A stretch of DNA of 64,000 nt from assembly GCA_033812795.1 (NCBI GenBank), contig JAPXSY010000008.1, forward strand, positions 12,496 through 76,495, written 5' to 3'. The stretch's first letter is position 1; each line of letters opens with the position of its first letter. This stretch comes from Kiritimatiellia bacterium. Its GTDB lineage: Bacteria > Verrucomicrobiota > Kiritimatiellia > RFP12 > UBA1067. The notes under the pieces were generated by a model. The model was not told where the DNA came from, ran no database searches, and saw nothing but the letters and a program-made list of their open reading frames with translations. The position numbers were made by a program, and so were the translations under genes. Of this stretch, positions 10,849 through 20,625 are shown piece by piece.

Positions 10849-12837
10849 CTACTTGATATACATGACGTCGGCCGTACCGTAATGCTCGAACGCGCCGATG
10901 TCGGGAGCGTCCGCGCCGCCCGTGTAGCGCGGGTAACGTCGGCCGAATCTGACCGCGACACCGTAGTCTGCGACCTTTTCGATCATATAGGTGCCCGCAC
11001 CCGCATCGCACGCCGTCCAGTCAGCCGAACCGTCCTGGGTCTTCATCCAGTCGAGGACGAGCCCCTTCCCCCGGAGCGGCGACGCCCCGCGGAGCGTCAG
11101 GTTCGTCTCAGCGAGATTCCGGAACCCCGGCTCGCCGACGATCGTTCCCGCGAGGTTGCCGTTGAGGATGTTGCCGTCCCCGTCCTTCGGGAGCGTCGTC
11201 GCGACCTGATCGTAGCAGTTCGAGACATGCTCCGGCTTGTCGGTCGCGAAGGCCGGCGGGAGGCCGCCGTTCTTGTAACCGTGGAAAAGCGTGTTGCGGA
11301 CGACGACATTCGTCTCGCGCTTACTCCCCGCTCCGATGGCGTAGTATTCCGTGTCCGAGGCGACAAAGGTGCAGTTGTCGATCTCCGGCCCGGTGGCGGT
11401 GTAAGACGAATAGAACGGGCACGACCCCGTGTTCCCGACGAAGACGCAGTTGCGGATGTGCGCGCGGTAGGTTGGAAGAGGCGAACCGTCGAACTGAAGG
11501 ACCGCCTTGCCGTCCGTCACCGTGTGATTGACGAACCAGCAGCTTTCGAACACGAACGGGGTCGAACCGCCGCGCTGGACACGCGCGGCCTTCCCCTCGC
11601 CCCACTTTCCCGTCGCATTCGCCTCGAAGACGCAGTTCGAGAACCAGCCCGCCGAACCGCCCGTGAGCCATCCTCCTCCGCCGCCGCCGGAGGTGTTCCG
11701 GTGGAAGACGCACCCCGTCGCCGCAGGCCCCCCCGTGCCGGCGCCGCCCGATCCGACGGCTTCGTTGTCAATGATCAACGAGTCGCGCAGACCGCCCGAG
11801 GGATAGTTGATGTGGAAGACTCCGCCGGCATCGCCGTACGAATAGTTGTTCGAAACGGTCGATGTGCAGAAAAGTCCGGCGCCCTCGATCGCCACGCCGC
11901 CGCCGGAGGCGTTGCCGCTCGTGTTCGTCACGCATTTTTGGCATGTGTTCAGGTAAACGAGCGAATTGCTGACGATTCCACCGGTTCCCACGTAGAGCCC
12001 CCCGCCATAGCAGCGGGAGCTGTCATCCGTCGGCCGGACCCAGTTGTGGTGGACGCGGCAATTGTCGACGATGCCCGCGTCGCTCACATACAGGCCGCCG
12101 CCCACGAGTGCTCCCGTACCGCCGCCGACCGACATTGTCTCGGTCGAACAGTTCCGCACCTCGCAACGATAAGCGCGCGATGGCGTATCGGTGCCCCAGG
12201 CTTTGCCACCGATGAAAAGTCCGGCGCCGGCGCCCGTGACCTTCTGCTTCCTATCGTTGAACATCCAGCAGTTCTCGATCAGTGTGTCGAGGACGAGCGA
12301 GCTGCCGTTCGCGTAAACGCCCGCACCGCCGAACGCGGTCATCTCGGCGACGGCTGTGCCCGTGAGGTAGTCGGTACGCGTATCGAAGTGGCAGCCGGTC
12401 ACGACGCAGTTCGAGACAACGGCCGAGCTGCCGTTCACATGGATCCCGCCGCCGCGGTACCACTTGCGGGAATCGACCAGATAGGAGAGCCCGTTCGTCA
12501 CCGTGAGGTTGCAGGCGAGCGTATCGGTGCCGCCCACATAGAGGATATTGGTCATGCCGTTGCCCGTGAGGACCGTGTCGCGCGGATTCTCCGTCGAGCC
12601 CCTCAGCGTCAGCGAGCGCGTGAGCCTGATCGGCCCGAGGCCGTCGGCCGAGACATCGTAGTGCGTCGGGGACGCCTGCAGGACGATGGTCGAGCCATCC
12701 GGCACGTTCACCGTATCGGCGATCGCCGCGCGCAGATCGGTGACCGACGCCACGTTTATTTCGACCGCCGAAGCGGCGAAGGCGAGCAATCCGCAGCCGA
12801 GCGCCGGAAGAACACGAATCACGTTTGTCTCTTTCAT
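10849..12837 (-). CDS. secreted Pmp-repeat parallel beta-helix protein; C-terminal 'PDIGAFE' tail
   Basis: The ORF has an internal start at MKETNVIRVLPALGCGLLAFAASAVE (signal peptide) with an AGGAG RBS 7 nt upstream. It has GGG[IV]...N repeat periodicity throughout. It is paralogous to 4270..6975, 20623..22704 and 22718..24646. Confidence 0.55.
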   Translation of the reverse strand: MKETNVIRVLPALGCGLLAFAASAVEINVASVTDLRAAIADTVNVPDGSTIVLQASPTHYDVSADGLGPIRLTRSLTLRGSTENPRDTVLTGNGMTNILYVGGTDTLACNLTVTNGLSYLVDSRKWYRGGGIHVNGSSAVVSNCVVTGCHFDTRTDYLTGTAVAEMTAFGGAGVYANGSSLVLDTLIENCWMFNDRKQKVTGAGAGLFIGGKAWGTDTPSRAYRCEVRNCSTETMSVGGGTGALVGGGLYVSDAGIVDNCRVHHNWVRPTDDSSRCYGGGLYVGTGGIVSNSLVYLNTCQKCVTNTSGNASGGGVAIEGAGLFCTSTVSNNYSYGDAGGVFHINYPSGGLRDSLIIDNEAVGSGGAGTGGPAATGCVFHRNTSGGGGGGWLTGGSAGWFSNCVFEANATGKWGEGKAARVQRGGSTPFVFESCWFVNHTVTDGKAVLQFDGSPLPTYRAHIRNCVFVGNTGSCPFYSSYTATGPEIDNCTFVASDTEYYAIGAGSKRETNVVVRNTLFHGYKNGGLPPAFATDKPEHVSNCYDQVATTLPKDGDGNILNGNLAGTIVGEPGFRNLAETNLTLRGASPLRGKGLVLDWMKTQDGSADWTACDAGAGTYMIEKVADYGVAVRFGRRYPRYTGGADAPDIGAFEHYGTADVMYIK

Positions 12838-13065
12838 GTCTTTGCTCCTGTTTTTATTTCCTCTTTTACCCCCCCGCCAGCCAGCAGCCAGCGTTGCGGT
12901 TGTCATTCCGCATTCCCCCTCTTAAGCAGATTGAATTTTACAGTTTACACCATTCGCAACACAAGTCAAACAGCCAACCTGCGGGTGCCTCGGAGAGACG
13001 TCGTTTTGGTTTCATGAAGTTTCATGTGCTTCATGGTTCGAACCCCGAGACCCAGATTCGCGCAC

Positions 13066-14967
13066 TCAATCGCCGTCAACCGGAAACATCGAGATGCGCA
13101 GCTTCGCGTCCCCATATGGCACAAGCTTGAGGCTGTTTCCCTTCGAATCCGGGATCGTCAACATGCGCATCGCATCGCCAACCCTGACCGACGCGGCATC
13201 GAAACCGGCCGAGACCAATGGGACGTGCACATCACCTTCGGGATTGTTGTCGTCCTTTGAAGAGATCGGCAACGCATAGAGGATTGGCCCGACCGACACG
13301 CTGGCGTACTCGCGTCCTCGCGGCTCGTTGTAGTTGAACATCTTCTCCACCGTCGGTTTCATCGGCAGCCTCAACGTCACCACGTCGCCAGCACGCCAGA
13401 TGCGCGTGATTGCCGCGAACCCGTTCTGTGCGGCGATCACCGTTTGTCTGCCGTTGACTTGCAGTTCTGGATTGGCGCACCATCCGGGAAATCGCACATG
13501 AAACGGGAACGCCGCATTCGGTGATTTGACGATCTTGAAGGTGATCGTATCGCTGTACGGATAGTCTGTGTGTTCCTCCACCTCAAACGAGCCGCTTGAC
13601 AGTTCCGCGGCAAACCGGCACGGGCCGTAAAGTGTCGCCGCGACCCCGCCGTCCGCAGGCAGCATCCACATCGACGCGACGTAGTTGGGGAGAATACGGT
13701 TGAGCGCCGCCGTACAGCAAAGCGGCCAATGTTTCGTGTCGTAACGCGCCAGCCGGTCGCCGCGGGCACCCGTAAACGAACAGCGCGTGACATCGCTTGC
13801 CGTAAGGCGGTTCGGTTGTTGCAGGTAGACGTGCCGACGGTAATCCTCCGTCATGCAGTTCCGTCCGGCGTTAAAGAAATTTCGTTCGACGTCATCGCCC
13901 CAACATCCTTCGCCCAGTGCCGCCAGAAGGTTGATACGCGTCCAGCCCTCTGCCGCCACGACGCAGGTCTCCGTACCCCGTTCCGGCCCGGGATGCCCCC
14001 ACTCCTCGTCCATCGTGGTGACACCGTAGGGTTGCCGCATGTGCCGGTCGAAAAAGGCGTACCAGCCGCGGACCGCGTTCAGGAGATTGGTATTGCCGGT
14101 CCATAGGTATCCGTCGAAAATCGACAGCAGGGCCTCCGAGGCGATGACACCGTGACGCGTAGGGATCTTCAGTAAACGCTCGTGAAGGCGACGGATGTTT
14201 AGCGTCTCCTCCAAATGCGCGGGGGGCGGCGTCAAATATTGGCTGAAAACCGCCGGAAGCTGACCGGGCTGGTGAAGCGCCTTTTTCCAGAATTCATCGA
14301 GCGCCCGGGCAATACGCTCGCTCCGCGTCACCTGATAACCGGCATATGCACCGGAGGGCAACGTAGGAAACTTGCCGTAGGAAAAAGCGTGTTCGTCAAG
14401 CGCGAAGTCAAGCGCCTTGAGCGCCCGGGCATCCCCGCTGACCTCGTGCCAAGCGCAAACCGGACGCGCAAACATCCCCGTCACCCAGATCAACCACGCA
14501 TCCGAAATTTTCATCTCCAAAACCTGCTGGGGATCGTTGCGATCCAGCCACCAGCAAAATCCGATGGCATGCGGGTTCATCTCCGAGAGAACGGTATCCA
14601 GACGATTGGATGCGAGAGCCTTCAACGACGGATCATCCAACTGATACGCGAGCTTCACCAGCCCGTCAAACCAGTACGCCCCGCCCTCACAACTCCAGGC
14701 TCCGGGATCGGATACCCAGAGGAGATCCTTTCCGCGCGGCCTGGTTTCATTTCTCCAAGAGCGTGAGAACTGAACGTCCACCGCGTCCATGTGACCGGTG
14801 TATCCGTCGCGCGCTTTCCGCGCCATGTCCAAAAGCCAGCCCTCGGGTCTTACCGCCCCCGGCCTCGTTCTTTCCATGAACGGCGTCACGACCGGTCCGG
14901 CGAAACACCTGACGTGCGCAACGAACGAAACCGTCAACAGCAACCTCACAATCGCATCAAGACGCAT
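13066..14967 (-). CDS. GH127-like (DUF1680) glycoside hydrolase, putative beta-L-arabinofuranosidase-type Cys/Zn enzyme
   Basis: 633-aa ORF with a signal peptide. An 'ETCVVAAEGW' motif precedes 'HWPLCCTAALNRI', the same order as the Glu-x-Cys ... Cys-Cys Zn/catalytic motifs of GH127 HypBA1. It is paralogous to the ORF at 61793. Confidence 0.45.
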   Translation of the reverse strand: MRLDAIVRLLLTVSFVAHVRCFAGPVVTPFMERTRPGAVRPEGWLLDMARKARDGYTGHMDAVDVQFSRSWRNETRPRGKDLLWVSDPGAWSCEGGAYWFDGLVKLAYQLDDPSLKALASNRLDTVLSEMNPHAIGFCWWLDRNDPQQVLEMKISDAWLIWVTGMFARPVCAWHEVSGDARALKALDFALDEHAFSYGKFPTLPSGAYAGYQVTRSERIARALDEFWKKALHQPGQLPAVFSQYLTPPPAHLEETLNIRRLHERLLKIPTRHGVIASEALLSIFDGYLWTGNTNLLNAVRGWYAFFDRHMRQPYGVTTMDEEWGHPGPERGTETCVVAAEGWTRINLLAALGEGCWGDDVERNFFNAGRNCMTEDYRRHVYLQQPNRLTASDVTRCSFTGARGDRLARYDTKHWPLCCTAALNRILPNYVASMWMLPADGGVAATLYGPCRFAAELSSGSFEVEEHTDYPYSDTITFKIVKSPNAAFPFHVRFPGWCANPELQVNGRQTVIAAQNGFAAITRIWRAGDVVTLRLPMKPTVEKMFNYNEPRGREYASVSVGPILYALPISSKDDNNPEGDVHVPLVSAGFDAASVRVGDAMRMLTIPDSKGNSLKLVPYGDAKLRISMFPVDGD

Positions 14968-15271
14968 TTAACCCCGATTCCTTTCCGCGATCACTCGACC
15001 GCAACCCCATCGTCGTGCCGATGACTATACTATACAAGGTATTAACTTGCCAGACTAGGGTATGGGATTGACAAGGTTTGCGGCAAGCAAAATTGTTGCA
15101 AAACTCTTCAAGCTTGCCATGCCGCTGCAAAGTTGCAATCTTACCGCATGGATAACGCGATGGCGGACGGATCGGTCCCGGAGCCGATGGCGGTCAAGCG
15201 GGCGGTCAGGTCGATGCGGGTCTGACTGCGGCGTCACGGCGCTCGCTTATGTTTGTTTAAGGGGAAAGACG

Positions 15272-17158
15272 ATGGGCAGGTTAACGGTTGCGGCGGTGTC
15301 GGTTTGGGTGGCGGGCGTGTGCATTTCTGCGCAATGTTCCAGCGCGCTTTACGGTGCGGACGCGGGGAGTTCTCCGCGCGGAGGCGGTGGGTGTGACGCC
15401 TGGTATTATCCGCAGATGAGCATGGAGTTGTACCGGCTCGAAGAACTGAAACGGAATGCGCAGGCCGCCGGGATGTATGTGGGATATCCGGGCAGCGTGC
15501 CCCCGTACGCGGCAGCCGTAGAGTTCCGGCGTCGTTTCAAGCCAGGCGAAACGCGCGAATATTTCACGCACGGACGCGCGTTCAGCGAAAACTTCGACGA
15601 AAAGACCGGCATGCTCCGTGTCTCGGTGAGCGCACGGTATCTCGACACGCCGGCATTGCGCAGTCCGCTCAAGGGTTGGGAGGCGAGGGTGTCCGGTCCG
15701 CAACGGGACGACACGTGGCGCGCTGCCGCGCGTTATTCCGGCGGCGAGGTGCCGCCGCATTTAAGGTGGCTTGAAGAAGATCACGACTATCGGGATTTGA
15801 AGAAAATCGGGGATTATTACGACACGCAAAGGGAATTGCTTGCCTATGTGCAGACAAGTGGGGAAAAGCCGCCGAAACTTTTTGTCGGCGAATCCGTGCC
15901 GGAAATGAGGAATACGGTCCCGGTCGATTCAGAGCAGGCGACAGACATGGTGTTGGTCGCCAACGACACGTGGCGATCCAGGTCCGCGCTCGCGCTCAGA
16001 TATTTTCGCTTTGAGGGAAAAGCCGAAAAGGTCAAGGTGATCCCGCTGTGGTGGCCGGGCATGGAGGAAAAAGGAACGTTTTCCGCGAAGGATAAACGTC
16101 ACGAGAAAATGCGCGAGGTGGGGGTCCACACGCTCAAGCTTTGCTGCCACGACTTTTTGATCGACGGCATCAAACGCGACCGTCTGCCGTGGGGAGGTGA
16201 TCTCACGGTGTCGCTGATGGCGAATGCGTATGTTCTGGGTGACCCGGAAATCTCCCGGCGCTCGCTTTCTGTGCTGGACGCATACACAACGGACGTGAAC
16301 GGCATCGTGACCTATTCGATGTGGCTGATCATCGCGCACGATCTGCATCAGCTTTATTTCGCGGACCGCGAATTTCTGGAGGCGCGTTGGTGGCGGATCA
16401 AGCAACGCATCGAAGACCTGATTTCCCGCACCGATGAAAACGGCTTTGTCGCAAGAGGGCTCGACTGGGTGTTCATCGATTGGGCTGGTCCAAGGTCCGC
16501 TACCGCACTAGGGATGATATGGACAGGAGCACTTGACGCGGCGGCGAAGCTCGCCGGGCGCATAAACGACCCGCGTGCCGCTGAGTACCGTGCGCTTTGC
16601 GACAAAGTGAAAGCGAACCTCAACCGTCTCGCGTGGGACGAAGGGCGCAAACTTTACCGCGTCGATCCGTTTGAGAAGAATTCGGGGTTTGCGCGTCAGG
16701 CCAATATTTACGCGGTGATCTTCGGCGTGGCCCAGAATGAACGGGCGCAGGCGATCGGCGACGAACTCGCCAAAGATGACTTGCCGGCGGTAGGCACGCC
16801 TTACGTGTTCGGATGGGAACTTGTGGCCTTGGCGCGCACCGGACACCATAAGGAGTTTTTCACGGGCATGGAAACCGTGTTCGGCGCGATGCTTGATGCG
16901 GGCGCGACGAGTTTCTGGGAAGGGTTTAACGCCAAACAGAAAGGCGATGAGCGATATCGTTTTTACGGGCGGCCGTGGGCGAAAAGCCTTTGCCACGCAT
17001 GGAGCGCGTGGCCCGCGTTCATTTTCGTTTCCGAGGCGATGGGGGTTAAGCCCACATCGGACGGCTGGAAAACGCACGAGGTAAAGCCCATTCCCGGAGC
17101 GGAGGGGATGAAGGCCGATATCCCCACGCCATCCGGGCGCACAAAGATAGGGCTCTGA
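15272..17158 (+). CDS. GH78-like alpha-L-rhamnosidase catalytic (alpha/alpha)6 domain protein
   Basis: The ATG at 15272 gives signal peptide MGRLTVAAVSVWVAGVCISAQ; the annotated upstream start adds an Arg-rich non-native extension. 'KRDRLPWGGDLTVS' and 'ATSFWEGFN...SLCHAWSAWPAFIF' correspond to the 'DCPxRE..GWTGD' and 'TTFWESW' blocks of the confident GH78 at 52373..55606. Confidence 0.5.
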   Translation: MGRLTVAAVSVWVAGVCISAQCSSALYGADAGSSPRGGGGCDAWYYPQMSMELYRLEELKRNAQAAGMYVGYPGSVPPYAAAVEFRRRFKPGETREYFTHGRAFSENFDEKTGMLRVSVSARYLDTPALRSPLKGWEARVSGPQRDDTWRAAARYSGGEVPPHLRWLEEDHDYRDLKKIGDYYDTQRELLAYVQTSGEKPPKLFVGESVPEMRNTVPVDSEQATDMVLVANDTWRSRSALALRYFRFEGKAEKVKVIPLWWPGMEEKGTFSAKDKRHEKMREVGVHTLKLCCHDFLIDGIKRDRLPWGGDLTVSLMANAYVLGDPEISRRSLSVLDAYTTDVNGIVTYSMWLIIAHDLHQLYFADREFLEARWWRIKQRIEDLISRTDENGFVARGLDWVFIDWAGPRSATALGMIWTGALDAAAKLAGRINDPRAAEYRALCDKVKANLNRLAWDEGRKLYRVDPFEKNSGFARQANIYAVIFGVAQNERAQAIGDELAKDDLPAVGTPYVFGWELVALARTGHHKEFFTGMETVFGAMLDAGATSFWEGFNAKQKGDERYRFYGRPWAKSLCHAWSAWPAFIFVSEAMGVKPTSDGWKTHEVKPIPGAEGMKADIPTPSGRTKIGL

Positions 17159-20100
17159 ATGAGGCATACCGCTCGTTGGTTTCCGGTTTCGTTATTCACT
17201 ATCCTAAAATAAGTTGTGGCGCAGCGGCGCGAAGCCAGCTCTCGCACACGGACCTGCCACAGGCCGCGCCGGTCATTCGAGGCCAGATCTAGCGTGAGCG
17301 CGAGTTGCCCGCGTTCGGCACCGTAATGCCCGCTCCACTCCGCTTGCGCGCCGGCCGGATCGAGAATCTCGACATGCAGCGGCACCACGGCATCGATCGG
17401 CTTTCCCTCTCGATCCATCACGGAAAATGTGCAGGGCAGACGGCTGCCGAGGCGCGCTTCTTGCGCGACGTCGATACGCACTGCATCAATGGCGCGTTCC
17501 GTGACCATCAGCACACAGCCGTCGCAAGGACCCAAGACGCGCGCAACAGTTAGCCGCCCGTCCTGCACATGCGCTTCCAAGGTGCGCCCTTCTGTCAGGT
17601 CGTACACATGACCCGAGGCGCGTGCCAACGACAGCACGGCCTCTGCCGGCAAGCCATTCTCCATCACCAGACCATGCTGCCCGACGTAATCGCCGAACTC
17701 ACGCCGGTCGTTGACGGCGAAGAGATAATCGGTGGAGCCGTATGAACGGCAGCGGGGCACGACGTCCGGCGTTGAGGCATCGCAATAACGCTGGTAACGC
17801 GTGTCGATCGCCGTACGCAGCTCGGCAGATTTAGCGATCAAAGCGGCGCGGTCTTTATCCGCTTTGCGCGTCCGCGTGTAATGCGCGATCGTGATGTCAG
17901 CGCGGATAGCCGGGCAGAGGCGTTCATCCCCCACCACCACCCCGCCCCGCGCCTGAAATGCCTTAACCGCAGCCACCACGCCGGCTGTCAACACATCGCA
18001 GTCCATCATGACCAGCACACGGTACTTGCCCAGTCCATGCGCCTTCACCGTTTCATCGTAGATGATCTCAGGCTGAAGATGCGCCCACAGCAGCATCTGA
18101 TAGGCGTCGCCGGTCCACCCGCCGCCCCAGCCGTAAGTTCCGCGCCGTGCGAACATCTGCGACGCGAAGCTCTCCAGAAACGCGACATCGCTGGGCCGGT
18201 CGGGGACTTGCAGCAAGGTGGGCCCCAGCGGCTCCACGACCTCTTTGATCAGGCGGCGCAACTCATGCTGTGTCTGCGGATGGGTGTAGCGGTAGGAGCC
18301 CTCACCGCTCTGCGGCACCAGCGATCCCCAGCCGTGATACATGATGCCGCGCACCGGTCTGGCCAGCTTGGTCCAGAACGCTTCGCGCAGATGCATGGGC
18401 GCAATAGTCGGGAATGCCGCGTCGGGATCGGTGTCCTCCCACGGCGAGGCGGGCGCTTTTCTGACCTCGTCCCCCTTGGCGATCGGTGCCGTCTGCGAGC
18501 GGTACCAGATGATTTGGGTCATCTTCATGACCTGCTGCGGCTGAGCGGCGCCGCGCGTCATGGCAAACAGTTCGTCGGTCGCCACTCCGATGCGGATCGG
18601 GTCGGGATAGGAGTAGGTCCACTGCGACAGGACATCCGCGCTCCCGCCGCTTCCGTAGACGCTCGCCACGCGTACCGCCGGATCGTGGAACGTCCAAAGC
18701 CCTTCCCGACCGGTCGACTGGAGTCCCCGGTGCAGTTCGGAGTTCATGCGGTTCCAGCCGTCGCCCTCTTTCCAGTACCAAGAGAGGAAACCCAAGAGCG
18801 GATGATCATCAGGGATCACTCTGTCGGACGGAAAATCGCTCAGCTTGGTGTAGTCCACGCCGTTTTTATTCGGTGCATTCGTTGGATAGTCAGAACCGGT
18901 CGCGCGCTGACACGCCTCGCGGTCATGCGCGTGCCAGCAGACGTTCGCACCGTCACGCACCTCGGTATGCAGCAGAGCCGCCTGCCAAGCCGGAAAGTCG
19001 CTGTAGGCCTGCGCCACCGATGCGCCCACGTTAAAGGCGAACGTCTGCATTTCGGGAAACGCCGCACAGAGCGTCGGTCTGTTATCGTTACTGACGCCCA
19101 GGCGATCCACACGCCGGAACTCCGGCTTGGCGTTGGCCACCCAGTGGCCGGGAGAAAGCGTCGCGATGATGCCGACATCATGCGCCAATGCCGTGTCCAG
19201 CATCCGCTTGACCTCCGCGACGTGCTCAGGTGTTCCGGGCGCGACCGGCTGTCCCGCTTCGAAGATACGCTTGCCATCCGCTCCGAACCCCAAACAGTGC
19301 GTGAACCCGATTTCCGTCAGGCGCGGCAACTCGCGAATGACGTTGCCCGCTCCGTAAAGGCCCCACATCACCACCGGCATGCGCGGCGGACGGCGCGGCA
19401 TCAAGGTGAACGTTACGCTCTCCTCGCTCACATAGGGGGCTGTCGTTTCTTTCAAGGGGGTCTCGACGCGCAGTCGCAGCGTGTAGCTACCGGGACGCAA
19501 CGCCGTGTCGACCGGCACCTCGATCGTCCGGCTCTCGCCCGACGCGAGTTCCGGGATCTGATGGCGCGCGGCTTCGCGTCCTTCGACCGTACAGAACACT
19601 GAGACGTTGCGCGCGGCTTCGCGTTGGGCATTGGCCAGCGTGAAACGTAAGGACGGCGTCTTTTCCATGCGCACAAACACGCTCCGGTCGGATGTCAGGG
19701 CCAATGTGACCGGACGGAACTCCAGCGCGCCTTGACACAGCCGCACCTGCGTCAGATACCCCGGAAAGCCGTGATAGTAGCTGCCGATGCGGTCACCGAT
19801 GGAGAGCGGATGACTGCCCGGCGCGATGCGCCCGCGTCCCGTCCGCGTGACCGTACCCTGCGCGGCGCCGTCCCTGAAAAACCGCACGGTGCCGGCGCCG
19901 TCATAGGTGACCGCGAGATGCGTCCAGATGTTCGTCGCAAACACCGAGGGCTCCGAACTATACACTTCCGAATCATCGCCGAAACCGAGCCGCAGGTAGG
20001 CGCGCCACTGGCCGCTTTTATCGGCGGCTCCCAGCGTCCATTGATAATCCGTGTGCGCCACGTACTTCTTGTCGGCCAAGAACGCTTCGGGATAATCGAC

Positions 20101-20454
20101 AAACTCAGGCTTCGGCTTGATCCACATCTCCAGCGTGAACGCATCCCGAGGCGAGAGCGAGGTGTGATTGGCGACAACAGCCGCGTGACGCTTGTCTTCC
20201 ACCGGCCAGCCGCAGAACGACTCCAGGCAGGAACCCCAACGGGCGTCCGGCACCAGCACGGCACCGTGCAGCACCGCGTCGCGTCCTCTACCCGATGCAT
20301 CCTTCAAGTCTGCGAAAGTCCACAGCCCCACCACCTTCTCGCCGGTCGCATCCGCGCCCGTGTAGGGCGACAGCCAATTCTCGCACGGCTGCTCCGCGTG
20401 CAGGATCCACGCCGGCATTGCCAGCGCACACACCAATCTGACACCGTCTTTCAT
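16963..20454 (-). CDS. large secreted protein with an N-terminal LamG/concanavalin-like domain followed by a GH42-like TIM barrel plus trimerisation-like domain
   Basis: 1168-codon ORF with signal peptide MKDGVRLVCALAMPAWILHA. The N-terminal ~250 aa end in 'GFPGYLTQVRLCQGAL', a LamG-type terminal strand. The central 'MPVVMWGLYGAGN...' block is TIM-barrel-like. 'KYRVLVMMDCDVLTAGVVAAVKAFQARGGVVVGDE' matches the trimerisation-like block of the giant paralogs. Its 3' end overlaps the convergent gene by ~196 bp. Confidence 0.5.
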   Translation of the reverse strand: MKDGVRLVCALAMPAWILHAEQPCENWLSPYTGADATGEKVVGLWTFADLKDASGRGRDAVLHGAVLVPDARWGSCLESFCGWPVEDKRHAAVVANHTSLSPRDAFTLEMWIKPKPEFVDYPEAFLADKKYVAHTDYQWTLGAADKSGQWRAYLRLGFGDDSEVYSSEPSVFATNIWTHLAVTYDGAGTVRFFRDGAAQGTVTRTGRGRIAPGSHPLSIGDRIGSYYHGFPGYLTQVRLCQGALEFRPVTLALTSDRSVFVRMEKTPSLRFTLANAQREAARNVSVFCTVEGREAARHQIPELASGESRTIEVPVDTALRPGSYTLRLRVETPLKETTAPYVSEESVTFTLMPRRPPRMPVVMWGLYGAGNVIRELPRLTEIGFTHCLGFGADGKRIFEAGQPVAPGTPEHVAEVKRMLDTALAHDVGIIATLSPGHWVANAKPEFRRVDRLGVSNDNRPTLCAAFPEMQTFAFNVGASVAQAYSDFPAWQAALLHTEVRDGANVCWHAHDREACQRATGSDYPTNAPNKNGVDYTKLSDFPSDRVIPDDHPLLGFLSWYWKEGDGWNRMNSELHRGLQSTGREGLWTFHDPAVRVASVYGSGGSADVLSQWTYSYPDPIRIGVATDELFAMTRGAAQPQQVMKMTQIIWYRSQTAPIAKGDEVRKAPASPWEDTDPDAAFPTIAPMHLREAFWTKLARPVRGIMYHGWGSLVPQSGEGSYRYTHPQTQHELRRLIKEVVEPLGPTLLQVPDRPSDVAFLESFASQMFARRGTYGWGGGWTGDAYQMLLWAHLQPEIIYDETVKAHGLGKYRVLVMMDCDVLTAGVVAAVKAFQARGGVVVGDERLCPAIRADITIAHYTRTRKADKDRAALIAKSAELRTAIDTRYQRYCDASTPDVVPRCRSYGSTDYLFAVNDRREFGDYVGQHGLVMENGLPAEAVLSLARASGHVYDLTEGRTLEAHVQDGRLTVARVLGPCDGCVLMVTERAIDAVRIDVAQEARLGSRLPCTFSVMDREGKPIDAVVPLHVEILDPAGAQAEWSGHYGAERGQLALTLDLASNDRRGLWQVRVRELASRRCATTYFRIVNNETGNQRAVCLIQSPIFVRPDGVGISAFIPSAPGMGFTSCVFQPSDVGLTPIASETKMNAGHALHAWQRLFAHGRP

Positions 20455-20591
20455 ATGTCCCTCCGTCAATCGATTCCACTCGCATTATGCGAAAGAGTAC
20501 AGTCGCCTGTCAAACGAGTTTCATTCGTTCCCCCTCCCCCTTTTTCGCCTGGCGCGGGCTTTCAGGATTGACTCTTTTCGCCCCTCCCCCA

Positions 20592-20625
20592 CATAATAGG
20601 TGGTGATGGGGGGAGATTCATCATG
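20592..20625 (+). promoter_or_regulatory. candidate anti-Shine-Dalgarno hairpin occluding the RBS of the 20623 beta-helix gene
   Basis: CCCTCCCCCA ... 15 nt ... TGGGGGGAGA, then ATTCATC and ATG. The C-rich arm is complementary to the G-rich SD. A second CCCCCTCCCCC run lies at 20528-20545. Confidence 0.35.

Noticed and set aside
15062-15271. Annotated 5' extension of the GH78-like gene (MGLTRFAASKIVAKLFKLAM...RWRSSGRSGRCGSD)
   Set aside because: It runs through the AT-rich promoter region and is Arg/Ser-rich. A signal-peptide Met with proper context exists at 15272.
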